Positions 35,906 to 45,387 of a stretch of DNA of 64,000 nt are shown piece after piece. The position numbers and the translations under genes were made by a program. The stretch is from an uncultured Gammaproteobacteria bacterium. GTDB taxonomy: Bacteria > Patescibacteriota > Microgenomatia > Levybacterales > GWA1-39-11. Below the pieces are notes generated by a model. It had not been told where the DNA came from. It did not search any database and was given only the letters and a program-made list of their open reading frames with translations. The DNA lies in NCBI GenBank assembly GCA_964511305.1, contig CAZEEU010000001.1:191378-255377 (forward strand), read 5' to 3'. Every line of letters begins with the position of its first letter. Positions within the stretch are counted from its first letter, which is position 1.

Positions 35906-37345
35906 TTACCACAATGTAACCCAATATTCGTTAATTACAAGCACTAATAATACCTGCGCTAGGGAAAGAAATATAAATTCATTTCTTGAGAAATTTAAAT
36001 ACTTTTTACTAGTTATGAAATTTGCGACAGGTAACAAAAAAAACGGCATAAAAGGAATCCATATCCTACCTACCTCTCCTCTTACAGAACCTGATAAGTC
36101 AAGCATTAGAATCATAATAAAAGTACCAAGAAAAATAGGATCAATATCCTTAAAATTCTTTTTCAAATTAACAAATGTTCTGCATAGCATATACATATAT
36201 ATGACACTTACGCCGATTCCTAAGAAGATAAAAAAGTCGTAGAGGTTATACAGTACCCATGGATAGTAATGCCTATTTTCCGGTAACCCAGACATAATTG
36301 TCATAAAAACTTGGATGGAATTAAATCCTACAAAGCCGAGTGCTATAGGGATAACAAGGAGCCCAAGAACAAAAAACAATAGGGAGCCAGCAGCCTTTTT
36401 TGCACCCCTTAGCATTGATGAGACACCATAGACGATAAAAATTAAAAGCATTGGCAAAAGCGAAAGACTAAAGAAAAGACCTACAGAGAATAGTAATCCT
36501 GCAAAAATAAAGAGTATTCTGCTACTTTTATCTATAGCTGTTATAAAAAGCCAAAAAGAAAATAAGGGAAATAATGATATAAAAACATCATTAATGGGAA
36601 TAAATAGTACTATCCCAGGGATGAATAAATATAAAAAAGAAGTCCTTAAAGCCACATTTTGCCCATATAATTTTTTGGAAATTTTATAAAGCGGAACGAT
36701 ATTTAACGCCGATAGAAATGGAATAAATATTGTTGAGAAAAGCGCGCCAAGTTTTTCATTTGGCAAAAGCTTATACCATGTCTCAAATACGTCACCGCGA
36801 GCAGGATTTATTTTTTCAATAATTTCATAAAGGAACGGCATTGATAAAAAGAATTTATTTATGATCCAAAAGAAAAGAATTGAGAATGGAGGATGCCCTT
36901 GCGCATGTTGATCGAGTTTTAAAACTAACCCGTTGAAGTTCTTAAAAAAATTGCCAACTTGTTCTATATCAAGACTTGATGAAAAATACCCATTTAAATC
37001 TGGGTTAATAATTCGATGAACCAGTACCCCGATCCCCGCTCTATTGAAGAACAACACAGCGAATTGAAAAAGAACGCACAAAAAAATTATTGTAAGAATT
37101 ACAAATTTTTCATTTTTTGCAAACCATGACGCTTTTTTAAAATCTATTTTTTTATATAGATATAGCGATAGGAAAGAGACAAGAAGAGGTACCCAAATTT
37201 TTGGGTATGTATTTACAAAAAGATAGTCCCATCTCCAATCGGGCGGATATGGAGCTGGGCCTCGAAGGTAAGGTGTTATGTCTGAGCCCACACAAAGGCA
37301 GAAAAATAATGTCAGGCAGATGATAAATACAAGAATATTTCTCAT
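35906..37345 (-). CDS. polytopic membrane protein (about 12 TM), possible GT-C-like transferase
   Basis: Hydropathy only. It is same-strand and immediately downstream of the terpenoid-synthase-like fusion gene. Confidence 0.4.
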   Translation of the reverse strand: MRNILVFIICLTLFFCLCVGSDITPYLRGPAPYPPDWRWDYLFVNTYPKIWVPLLVSFLSLYLYKKIDFKKASWFAKNEKFVILTIIFLCVLFQFAVLFFNRAGIGVLVHRIINPDLNGYFSSSLDIEQVGNFFKNFNGLVLKLDQHAQGHPPFSILFFWIINKFFLSMPFLYEIIEKINPARGDVFETWYKLLPNEKLGALFSTIFIPFLSALNIVPLYKISKKLYGQNVALRTSFLYLFIPGIVLFIPINDVFISLFPLFSFWLFITAIDKSSRILFIFAGLLFSVGLFFSLSLLPMLLIFIVYGVSSMLRGAKKAAGSLLFFVLGLLVIPIALGFVGFNSIQVFMTIMSGLPENRHYYPWVLYNLYDFFIFLGIGVSVIYMYMLCRTFVNLKKNFKDIDPIFLGTFIMILMLDLSGSVRGEVGRIWIPFMPFFLLPVANFITSKKYLNFSRNEFIFLSLAQVLLVLVINEYWVTLW

Positions 37346-37396
37346 CGATTGCCTTCGATTATATACGATGATGGCCTACCGAATACACAGGAGAGT

Positions 37397-39328
37397 TCAA
37401 GAATATATGTTAAGAAAGTCTATCGTTCTTTTCTGATCTCTTAAAGCTTTTAGCGCCCCTCCTTCAACATCAATCAGAATGCTTTCTAAAATTTCAGGCT
37501 TTTCGATAAGTGGTATATTTTTTATTGATTTTTTTGCTTTTTGTACATGTGTCAATATTTCCTCGCATGTTCCTAATATAACGTCGTACCAAAATATTTC
37601 ATTTAGTTCCTCTATCAGAACTTCGATTGAAGTAACAATATAGACAGGCTTCTTTTCTAAAAGCTTGGATAAAAGTCTGGTTACTACCGGTGTTAGATGA
37701 CCATTCTTAAGATCCTCTTGCCAATCATGAGCATCATCATTAAGTTGTTTGGCAATAAGGTATGACTTAAAAAATTTTTCAAGATTCTTCACTTCAGGAG
37801 ATAAATCATAAAAACCTAAAGAATATAGAAGAGCGATAGAACCTAAAGCATGACCAAAAGAACGTGCAGAAAGTTTTTCTAAATTTCCCCAGTCGGGCAG
37901 CTGTATATCTTTTAGGTTGTCTGATTTTTTTATTCTATTGCGTGCCATAGTTACTTCCCACGTATTGGCAGAATCGATCATATCCATTACATCATGTGCA
38001 TAATTTACAAATCCGGTTCCTGGAAGAATTGACTCAAAAACACCAGTAACTTCTCTCAGTGCTACATTGGCAACAGAAAGTTTTGCCACATCCCCCTCCT
38101 CATCTAAAAAGTCGTCATATATCGTGTATGCTATCCAGCCGTACAAATTGACAGCACCTAGTGCTGTCAGAAGCTCGTCTCCAATTCTTGATCCGTTGTT
38201 ACCTAATGCCTGACTAAAAAAGAAAGGAGTAAGCGTAATATGACATGCTTCGTCCCCGGCTTTTACTTTATCAATAGTCTCAATCGCTTGATCCTGCAGA
38301 TTTCTGCCGGTTCTTGAATATCTTTTCTTGACTTGTCCTAAGACACTTCTGTCTAGCTCTATTTTCCTTGTTTCTAAGTTTTTTCCTGGCGATGACAAAG
38401 CGTATCGCTGATATTCTGAGAGTGCCTGCAAGCAAAAAGCGCTAGTGAGAGCATCACTTCCCGCAAAATAGCTTCTATCTCTCTTTGGATTAACTCCCAC
38501 ATAAAATGAGCATGCCTCCCACTTATTATCTTTTTGATCTTTGATAATTCTGTCTACATATTTTTTTACCTCTTCCCTTCTTTCATTAAAGTTAATAAGC
38601 GAAAGAGACACTAACGCGTTTTCAAGAGAATTCTTTGGGTTACTTTCTTTTAAAATTTTTATCAACTTACTTTTATATTGACCTTTATAGAATCTGGAGA
38701 TGAAATACAATGAAGGAAAATCCGTTGGATAATAGGGAGAAGATATATTTCCTTTTTCAATTTCTTCTTCCAAGAATTGAATCTGTTTCGGAAGACTAAT
38801 ATCTAAAAGTGAAAGAAAATAAGCAATATTTGCATTCACTGCAAAGTCTATATCCAACCATTCTTTTTTTGCCGTAGATTCTACTAACCATGTTCTATAA
38901 GGTCCACCCTCCTCAACCTCAAGAGTGGTTAGTAATGAAATTGTCTTTCCAAGTGCGATACCATCTAGTATTTTTGGGTCAAACAAATGAAGTGCAGCTA
39001 GAGCACAAAATGTATCATCTAAATCGTCAGGATAAGGTATATTTTTATATTGATCAGAATTTCGATCCCAATAATTAAAAGACCAATCTTTGCTTTTCTG
39101 CGAAAGTAAAAAAGAGACTGCTTTCTCCTTTACCTCTTGCAGGCCCTCAAATTCCTCGAGAGAAATCAAGCTTGACAATATCAGAGTTGTAGAAAAAACA
39201 GACGGAAAAATAATTGCTTTACTAAAATTATTTTCCTCTGGGGAAGAGAGGCTTAGAAAAGACCCATTTTGTTGCTGTGACTTTGCAAGAAAGGCAATTC
39301 CTGAAGCAATTGTTGATTCTATAGACAT
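37397..39328 (-). CDS. fusion protein: N-terminal terpenoid-cyclase/prenyltransferase alpha-alpha toroid (QW and DxDDT motifs) + C-terminal class I isoprenoid-synthase fold (two Asp-rich motifs)
   Basis: The N-terminus SGIAFLAKSQQQNGSF is a QW motif and DLDDTF (aa ~101) matches the class II cyclase DxDDTA. The C-terminus has DDFLD (aa 405) and QLNDDAHDWQE (aa 528) spaced ~125 aa, as FARM/SARM or DDxxD/NSE are in trans-IDS and class I terpene synthases. Confidence 0.5.
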   Translation of the reverse strand: MSIESTIASGIAFLAKSQQQNGSFLSLSSPEENNFSKAIIFPSVFSTTLILSSLISLEEFEGLQEVKEKAVSFLLSQKSKDWSFNYWDRNSDQYKNIPYPDDLDDTFCALAALHLFDPKILDGIALGKTISLLTTLEVEEGGPYRTWLVESTAKKEWLDIDFAVNANIAYFLSLLDISLPKQIQFLEEEIEKGNISSPYYPTDFPSLYFISRFYKGQYKSKLIKILKESNPKNSLENALVSLSLINFNERREEVKKYVDRIIKDQKDNKWEACSFYVGVNPKRDRSYFAGSDALTSAFCLQALSEYQRYALSSPGKNLETRKIELDRSVLGQVKKRYSRTGRNLQDQAIETIDKVKAGDEACHITLTPFFFSQALGNNGSRIGDELLTALGAVNLYGWIAYTIYDDFLDEEGDVAKLSVANVALREVTGVFESILPGTGFVNYAHDVMDMIDSANTWEVTMARNRIKKSDNLKDIQLPDWGNLEKLSARSFGHALGSIALLYSLGFYDLSPEVKNLEKFFKSYLIAKQLNDDAHDWQEDLKNGHLTPVVTRLLSKLLEKKPVYIVTSIEVLIEELNEIFWYDVILGTCEEILTHVQKAKKSIKNIPLIEKPEILESILIDVEGGALKALRDQKRTIDFLNIYS

Positions 39329-39363
39329 TGGAAAATTACAGTAACTATATTATTAACAAAAGA

Positions 39364-39524
39364 TTAAATATTTCTTAAATTTCTGAATCTTAAAGACTAT
39401 CAGAAATTCAAGAAATATTTGGGAATACCTTAAATATTTGTTAACTTTCTGAATCTTAAAGACTATCAGAAATTCAAGAAATATTTGGGAATACCTTAAA
39501 TATTTACTAAATTCATTAAATATC
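39364..39524. repeat. 66-bp tandem repeat, about 2.4 copies, each carrying a 9-bp inverted repeat AATTTCTGA-N14-TCAGAAATT
   Basis: Units at 39364-39429 and 39430-39495 are about 95% identical, with a partial third copy to 39524. It lies between the sensor-kinase stop and the fusion-gene start. Confidence 0.85.
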
Positions 39525-40912
39525 TAATTTTTCTGTATGGGTAATATGACGGTAAAAATCGTCCCCTCAGACTTTGAAGACTCAACCTTTATGCTTCCAT
39601 GCATTCCATTTTCTACAATATCTTTTGCAATAGAGAGCCCAATGCCGGTTCCTCTTGCAAAACTCTTTGTTGTAAAAAGTGGCTCAAAAACCTTATCGAG
39701 ATTTTCTGGGGAAATACCACAGCCCCGATCACACACAACAAGCTCCACACTATTATCTTTTTTCAAGATCTGTATAACAATATCCCGTCGCTTCGTTCTT
39801 GTTCCTGCATAAGAATCAATAGCATTAGAAACTAAATTAAGAATCAGCTGGCTATATTTAAATGGGTTACCTTTAAGGATTACGTCCTTTTCGCGAACAA
39901 AAGAAATTTTTACTTTTTGCTCTTTAGCTTTATGTTCTAGCATGTGAAGACTTTGCGCTGTTTCTTTTACCAATGAGAACTTTAAATTAACGTCTCTATT
40001 TTGTATTTGCTTTCTTGCTGCTTCTATAAATTCTTCGAGTCTTCTTGTTCCTACTATTGCCCGCTCAAGCGCTATCTTTATTTCCGATAGTTCTTTTACG
40101 TCCTTTTTATTTGAATTGATGCTTCTTAAATTGAGAGAAACAATTGTGAGAGGGTTAACAAGATCATGGAAAAGCCCTGAAGAAAGTTTGCCAAATTCCG
40201 CAAACCTGTAAAGTTGAGAAATCTTTTCTGTCTGGACAGCTTTTAGTTGTGCTGTTCTTTGTTCTACTGTTATTTCCAGTTTGTCGCGCTCCTTTTTAAG
40301 AGCCTTTTCCGAACGTCTTGCTCGTTTTAGTGCCTTTTGTAAATCACGATTAAATAACCAGGTAATTGTTGAGATGATAAGAAGAATAATTGCATTGACA
40401 ATAGTATCTGACAATTTTATGGGGTCTTGCTTCCAATAACTATGCGGAGAATAAATTGAGCTAGCCTCCATATACGTTACTGTAATTAAGACAGCCGAGC
40501 TAATAGCAGTAAAAAGAAAAGCACGCTTACTGTCCAAAAGAACGCCTGCCATTGTGATAATCAGTGCGAAAAGCAAAAGCATAATTGCAGTATCAGCACC
40601 CCAGTAATAGGTCCTGTATGCAGCGATAACAAATAAACTAAAAAGGAGAATATAAGTGGACAGCTTACCCTGCCCCACTCGTGAAAGGAAATATAGAAAA
40701 GCTACAAAGCCAAAAAATACAGCAACAACTATAGTTACTTCCCCACCTTTACTTGTTGGATATATTAATGGCTGGAGTAAATTCATTGCTAAGGCAGCAA
40801 TGGATAAAAGCAATAACGCGAAAAGAATTATATTTAGAATAAATTCTCGTCGTGCTCTATCTTTATCTTTGCTGCCCGAGACAATAAAACGGGTAATGAA
40901 TAAGTTCAACAT
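39524..40912 (-). CDS. sensor histidine kinase (membrane-embedded 6-TM sensor)
   Basis: HisKA H-box FHDLVNPL. HATPase_c N-box LILNLVSNAIDS, G1 DRGCGI and G2 GTGIGLSIAK. No periplasmic domain. Confidence 0.9.
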   Translation of the reverse strand: MLNLFITRFIVSGSKDKDRARREFILNIILFALLLLSIAALAMNLLQPLIYPTSKGGEVTIVVAVFFGFVAFLYFLSRVGQGKLSTYILLFSLFVIAAYRTYYWGADTAIMLLLFALIITMAGVLLDSKRAFLFTAISSAVLITVTYMEASSIYSPHSYWKQDPIKLSDTIVNAIILLIISTITWLFNRDLQKALKRARRSEKALKKERDKLEITVEQRTAQLKAVQTEKISQLYRFAEFGKLSSGLFHDLVNPLTIVSLNLRSINSNKKDVKELSEIKIALERAIVGTRRLEEFIEAARKQIQNRDVNLKFSLVKETAQSLHMLEHKAKEQKVKISFVREKDVILKGNPFKYSQLILNLVSNAIDSYAGTRTKRRDIVIQILKKDNSVELVVCDRGCGISPENLDKVFEPLFTTKSFARGTGIGLSIAKDIVENGMHGSIKVESSKSEGTIFTVILPIQKN

Positions 40913-41132
40913 TTTGAAATTAAGCTATTCTCAAAATCAATGAGCTTATTATATCCATTCTTACATTACTTTGTTCAAGCAACAGTCCAAACTAAAGTAT
41001 CAGCAGTACTTGAGAGTGCTGCTTTCTTTAAATTCGACTTTTTTCTTGACGATTTTTTTGTCAAAACTTCTGTAAGAAAAGCGTTCATGGCAATCACCTC
41101 CTTTCTTTTATTTCAAACTTAGCAATTAAGCT

Positions 41133-41801
41133 TTAAGCTTCAATTTTGTACCCGATTCCGTGTACGGTTTTGATTAGTTTCTTTTTATAGGGTTTATCTA
41201 ATTGATCCCTTAAGTACTTAATATGAACATCTACGATGTTTGTGAGAGAATCCGTATCGCTTTCCCACAGATGGTCGAGGATCATATCCCTCGTCATAAC
41301 CCTTCCCTCATTTCTAATAAGATATTCAAGCAGACTAAATTCTTTCCGTCTTAATGGAATAACGGTTTTACCACGGGCCACTTTTCTTTTTTCAAGATCA
41401 AGCGTTAAGTCTCCTACTGATAGTGTGTTTGCTGCAAAACCACTTTTCTGACGACGCAAAAGAGCCCTAATGCGGGCTATCAATTCCTCTGCATAAAAGG
41501 GTTTTGTGATGTAGTCATCAGCCCCACAATTGAGGGCTCGTACTTTATTCTCCAATTCTGCTTTCCCAGACAGAACCAATATTGGCATTGTGTAGTTGTT
41601 ATCCCTTATTTTTCTACAAATTTCTATACCGTTCCCATCGCCAAGAAGAACATCAAGAATCACGAGATCGTAATCATTGGAATACACTATCGATTCTCCC
41701 TCTGCTCCACTTGAACAAGTCTCGACAGTAAAGAAACCAGAGAGAAGGTCTTTAACTGTACTTGCCATCTGTAAATCATCATCTACTAATAGTATCTTCA
41801 T
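41133..41801 (-). CDS. OmpR-family response regulator
   Basis: Receiver domain (MKILLVDDD, DLVILDVLLGDGNG, LVLSGK) and wHTH (IKYLRDQL...VHGIGYKIEA). Confidence 0.9.
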   Translation of the reverse strand: MKILLVDDDLQMASTVKDLLSGFFTVETCSSGAEGESIVYSNDYDLVILDVLLGDGNGIEICRKIRDNNYTMPILVLSGKAELENKVRALNCGADDYITKPFYAEELIARIRALLRRQKSGFAANTLSVGDLTLDLEKRKVARGKTVIPLRRKEFSLLEYLIRNEGRVMTRDMILDHLWESDTDSLTNIVDVHIKYLRDQLDKPYKKKLIKTVHGIGYKIEA

Positions 41802-42086
41802 CTTGTGATAACAACGTAGAACACAATTATTAAAAATTTATTAAATTTCTTAGCCTCTGTCTTAAAAAATTATTAACTTCTTGGAAGTTAGCTTCAAAGA
41901 AGTCTACTTTTCTAATCAGTTAGTTAAAGAAAAGTTAAATTTTTTGGGTATAGCTTCAAGAAAAAATTCAAATCTCTTCATATATTAGGGCGGTTAGGCA
42001 CAAACTACAAGGATGAAATTTTAGTTTGATATAATTTATTCATGAGTGAAATTGAAGAACTTAACACTCCCTTATTTTAAGAATTT

Positions 42087-43007
42087 TTGGGAAAAACACT
42101 TGTACAAGAGCTAGGGTGGTATACTGCATCTGTGGGAAAGAAAACATTTGTAGTAATTCTTTATGTTATCTTACTGCTTACAATACCAATTCTGATTTAT
42201 ATAGTAAATCTTCATAAAGCCGATACCGCTCAGTCTCCAAAAGCCCCAAAAAAATCCGCAGTCTTTTCAGTACACCCAACTCCAACTCCTTATATATTTA
42301 CCTCATATAACCCTCCGAAAATAGCTCAAAAGGATGTGTATAAAATAGCCATGATTGGAGACTCTATGACAGCAGCACTAGGACCACATGGTGGAGGCAT
42401 GAGTGAATACATGAATGATTTATATAAAAGTGGCAAGAACAATCAAAGGATTATCATTGATAACTATGCTATCTCAAGCAATATATTGGCTGTTGATAAC
42501 CAGCTTGACCAAAGAACCAGAATAAGTGAGTATATTTTTGGACCATTGATGTCTACCGACTACGATGCAATCCTCATTGAATCATTTGGATACAATCCAC
42601 TTTCTCAATTCGGTATCGAGGAAGGAATAAAAAAACAAAATGAAACACTGGACAAACTTATGGAAAAACTTATTACCAAAAGGCCAAATGCTGTTGTGAT
42701 ATTTATTGCAACAATCGCTCCTAATATTGCGAATTTTGGTAGATCAACCCAAGTAACAAATACGTCAGAGGACAGAAAAAAACAAGCAGAAGAACGAATT
42801 GCATATCTTAAAAACCATATCGAATATGCAATAAAACACGGAATGCCTCTAGTAAATATTTACGAGAAATCTCTTACTGCCAATGGTGATGGTAACTTAA
42901 AGTATATAAATGCCAATGATGATATACATCCGTCCTTCGCCGGCATTACATTTATAGGAGAAGAAGCAGGAAATTATATTTATGATACTAAAATTCTAAT
43001 TCCTTAA
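42087..43007 (+). CDS. SGNH/GDSL-family hydrolase, membrane-anchored
   Basis: N-terminal TM, then block I IAMIGDSMT (GDS) and a C-terminal DDIHPS (DxxH). Confidence 0.65.
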   Translation: MGKTLVQELGWYTASVGKKTFVVILYVILLLTIPILIYIVNLHKADTAQSPKAPKKSAVFSVHPTPTPYIFTSYNPPKIAQKDVYKIAMIGDSMTAALGPHGGGMSEYMNDLYKSGKNNQRIIIDNYAISSNILAVDNQLDQRTRISEYIFGPLMSTDYDAILIESFGYNPLSQFGIEEGIKKQNETLDKLMEKLITKRPNAVVIFIATIAPNIANFGRSTQVTNTSEDRKKQAEERIAYLKNHIEYAIKHGMPLVNIYEKSLTANGDGNLKYINANDDIHPSFAGITFIGEEAGNYIYDTKILIP

Positions 43008-43008
43008 T

Positions 43009-43539
43009 TTATTTTGGGAGTGTAAATAACAAAGGACACATTTTTATTTGATTTTTCAAATCGGATATTGCCTCTATTAACGTGTTGCTAGCAACCCTCT
43101 TTCTTACCCCATCCCACGGGTCAATAATAGTGAAGAAATTTCCAATCTTTTTTTCAATAACTATGAAGTGAGAAGCATGCGAATAATCACCAAATGCATG
43201 AATATCTATATGACAAATAATAGGGCTTTTTAAGATTAGTTGCTCAATTAAAGTTTGTGTAATTTTCTCAGGAATTACTTTGATCCGACTTTCTTCTTTG
43301 AACGAATTACTAAGCGCAGCACCGAAATACTTATTATCAACGTAAATTTCTACTTTTTTATCAAAACTTTTTACTGACTCCATAGTGATACCACTTACAT
43401 AAAATGGGTACTTTCTTTTTGAACCTCGAAGTGCCATTTGCTCTTCGTCCTCTTCTGTAAACTTCTTATCCTGAAGCATCAAAAAACATGCGGCCAGGCA
43501 ACTATGAGAAAGCGTTTGCTTATAAGGGGTGATACTCAT
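43009..43539 (-). CDS. standalone C39-like (papain-fold) peptidase domain protein
   Basis: QTLSHSCLAACFLML (~QxxxxDCGxAALAM), then HFIVI (His) and IIDPWDG (Asp), the C39 catalytic order. There is no ABC-transporter fusion. Confidence 0.5.
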   Translation of the reverse strand: MSITPYKQTLSHSCLAACFLMLQDKKFTEEDEEQMALRGSKRKYPFYVSGITMESVKSFDKKVEIYVDNKYFGAALSNSFKEESRIKVIPEKITQTLIEQLILKSPIICHIDIHAFGDYSHASHFIVIEKKIGNFFTIIDPWDGVRKRVASNTLIEAISDLKNQIKMCPLLFTLPK

Positions 43540-43615
43540 AACTGAATTGTAGAATTTATATATTTATATACAAGAGGTAAGATATGTGCTATACTTAACT
43601 TATTAGTTAAGTGTT

Positions 43616-43981
43616 ATGTCAAAATTTAATGAATCAAAAGACCTAGATCTTATTTTCCAAGCGCTCGGTAACAAGCATCGACGTGAAATAATATACTCAC
43701 TTGGGCTACAACCTCACTCAATTAGCAAACTTGCGTCGCTGAGAGGTCTTTCACTTCCCGCAATTCATAAGCATATAAAAATTCTTTCGGATGCAGACCT
43801 TATATTAACCAAAAAAATTGGAAGAATTAATTTCCTTGCCTTAAATAAGAAAACAGTCCTCAAACTCCAAGAATGGCTTATGCAATATCATGCTTATTGG
43901 GGCAATAATAATGATTCTTTTGAAAATTACACTGAATATTTATCGAAAGAAAGCAACACGAAGGGAGGTGAATCTAAATGA
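43616..43981 (+). CDS. ArsR/SmtB-family HTH transcriptional regulator
   Basis: ALGNKHRREIIYSL...HSISKLASLRGLSLPAIHKHIKIL winged HTH. Confidence 0.75.
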   Translation: MSKFNESKDLDLIFQALGNKHRREIIYSLGLQPHSISKLASLRGLSLPAIHKHIKILSDADLILTKKIGRINFLALNKKTVLKLQEWLMQYHAYWGNNNDSFENYTEYLSKESNTKGGESK

Positions 43982-44268
43982 AAAAATTTGTACTTTTATA
44001 TGTAGGAACATCAGAAATGTCTGAAGAGATTATGACCGGATGGACTAAATGGTTTGAGGTACTTGGGGATCGAGTTGTTGATGGTGGAAATCCTTTTGGG
44101 GAAGGACACGAAATAACAAAAACTGATTCGAAAACCTTGCCTTTTGGAACACAAGCGATTGCTGGATACACAATCATCAATGCTAAAAATATTGAGGAAG
44201 TGGAAGGGCTTTTGAAAGATTGTCCAATAATAACGAGCGTTAAGGTGTACGAGGCAATGCCTATGTAA
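43978..44268 (+). CDS. YciI-like (dimeric alpha+beta barrel) protein
   Basis: 96-aa ORF overlapping the ArsR stop (ATGA), with YciI-like length and pattern. Confidence 0.45.
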   Translation: MKKFVLLYVGTSEMSEEIMTGWTKWFEVLGDRVVDGGNPFGEGHEITKTDSKTLPFGTQAIAGYTIINAKNIEEVEGLLKDCPIITSVKVYEAMPM

Positions 44269-44356
44269 TCTTTTTAAGCATCAAAAGAGGTTGTTCTATT
44301 TATTTATAGACACCTCTTTTTTTGTGATCTTTACTTAATAGGAGTATACTAGTCAT

Positions 44357-44740
44357 ATGATAGGTTTTGTCGACAACATAGAAGATCTTACACTTTCAAA
44401 TGACAACTTCAGAAAAGTTATTTATACGGGCCAATATGCACAACTAGTTCTGATGTCATTACTCCCAAGCGAGGACATTGGGATGGAAGTTCATCCTACA
44501 ACAGACCAATTTCTCAGAATCGAAAGGGGAGAAGGAAAGGTCGTTATGAATGGTGAGGAGCATTTAGTAAAAGATGGAAGCGCAATTATCGTACCTGCAG
44601 GAACAGAACATAATGTTATAAATACTTCATCAGAGAATTCCATGAAATTATATACCGTGTATTCACCGTCTCATCATAAAGATGGAACGGTACATAAAAC
44701 CAAAAAAGAAGCTGAAGCTGATACTGAAGATCATCTGTAG
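44357..44740 (+). CDS. cupin domain protein (paralogue of 10512..10886)
   Basis: EVHPTTDQFLRIERGEGKVV...IVPAGTEHNVIN and the same C-terminal tail H.DGT.H.TK..A as the other copy. Confidence 0.7.
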   Translation: MIGFVDNIEDLTLSNDNFRKVIYTGQYAQLVLMSLLPSEDIGMEVHPTTDQFLRIERGEGKVVMNGEEHLVKDGSAIIVPAGTEHNVINTSSENSMKLYTVYSPSHHKDGTVHKTKKEAEADTEDHL

Positions 44741-44768
44741 ATTGCCCCATTTTCACTTTTTCTGATAC

Positions 44769-45098
44769 TTATTGAGGCTTAATAAGAAGATCAATCTGAT
44801 CTTTTTGATCTTGGCTTATTGTTGGAATCACATTTTGTATTAAGCTTCCCAAAGCTTCTGCAGAAACGCTAGCTAATTCCTGAGCATAACTCTCACTGCT
44901 TATTACTTTTTCTACCTCTGCAATGTCTTCGCTACCGCTAATTTTTTCTTGTACATCCCTAGGGAGTCTTTCTAATAGATTCAGTAATGCTTCTTGCCTA
45001 TTTAGATCTGAAAATCTATTCACAAATGCTTCTTTATCATTCTGGTAATCTATTATCTCAAGGATTTTAAGAAGAAGATCTCTGTCTGTTTGTTGCAT
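44769..45098 (-). CDS. hypothetical acidic protein
   Basis: ORF only. Same strand as, and adjacent to, 45104..45373. Confidence 0.35.
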   Translation of the reverse strand: MQQTDRDLLLKILEIIDYQNDKEAFVNRFSDLNRQEALLNLLERLPRDVQEKISGSEDIAEVEKVISSESYAQELASVSAEALGSLIQNVIPTISQDQKDQIDLLIKPQ

Positions 45099-45103
45099 AA
45101 TAA

Positions 45104-45373
45104 TTAACTTTTGAATCTCTTAAGAACATTGCCAACTATACCTAAATACCCTACACCTTCTAAGGCAGCTCCACCAACACCAACCGTTACACCAAGAGGT
45201 ACTGAGACCGGGTAAAGAGCTGCGGCGGCTAACCCTATGGCCGAACCTCCTACTAAGAACTTACTCCATTTGAATAAACGTTCATTGAGCATATCTCTTC
45301 TTGATGGTATTACAAGATCTGCAACATGAGTTGATGCTCCTTCCACTTTATGTACTTCCCCAACTTCAGACAT
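45104..45373 (-). CDS. hypothetical glycine-zipper membrane protein
   Basis: GxxxG-rich hydrophobic C-terminal half (GLAAAALYPVSVPLGVTVGVGGAALEGVGYLGIVG). Confidence 0.4.
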   Translation of the reverse strand: MSEVGEVHKVEGASTHVADLVIPSRRDMLNERLFKWSKFLVGGSAIGLAAAALYPVSVPLGVTVGVGGAALEGVGYLGIVGNVLKRFKS

Positions 45374-45387
45374 ATTATAAATATAAC

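Noticed and set aside
39364-39524. Possible CRISPR array
   Set aside because: There are only about 2.4 copies of a 66-bp unit that are directly adjacent with no unique spacers. No cas genes lie nearby. It is better explained as a tandem duplicated operator or terminator.
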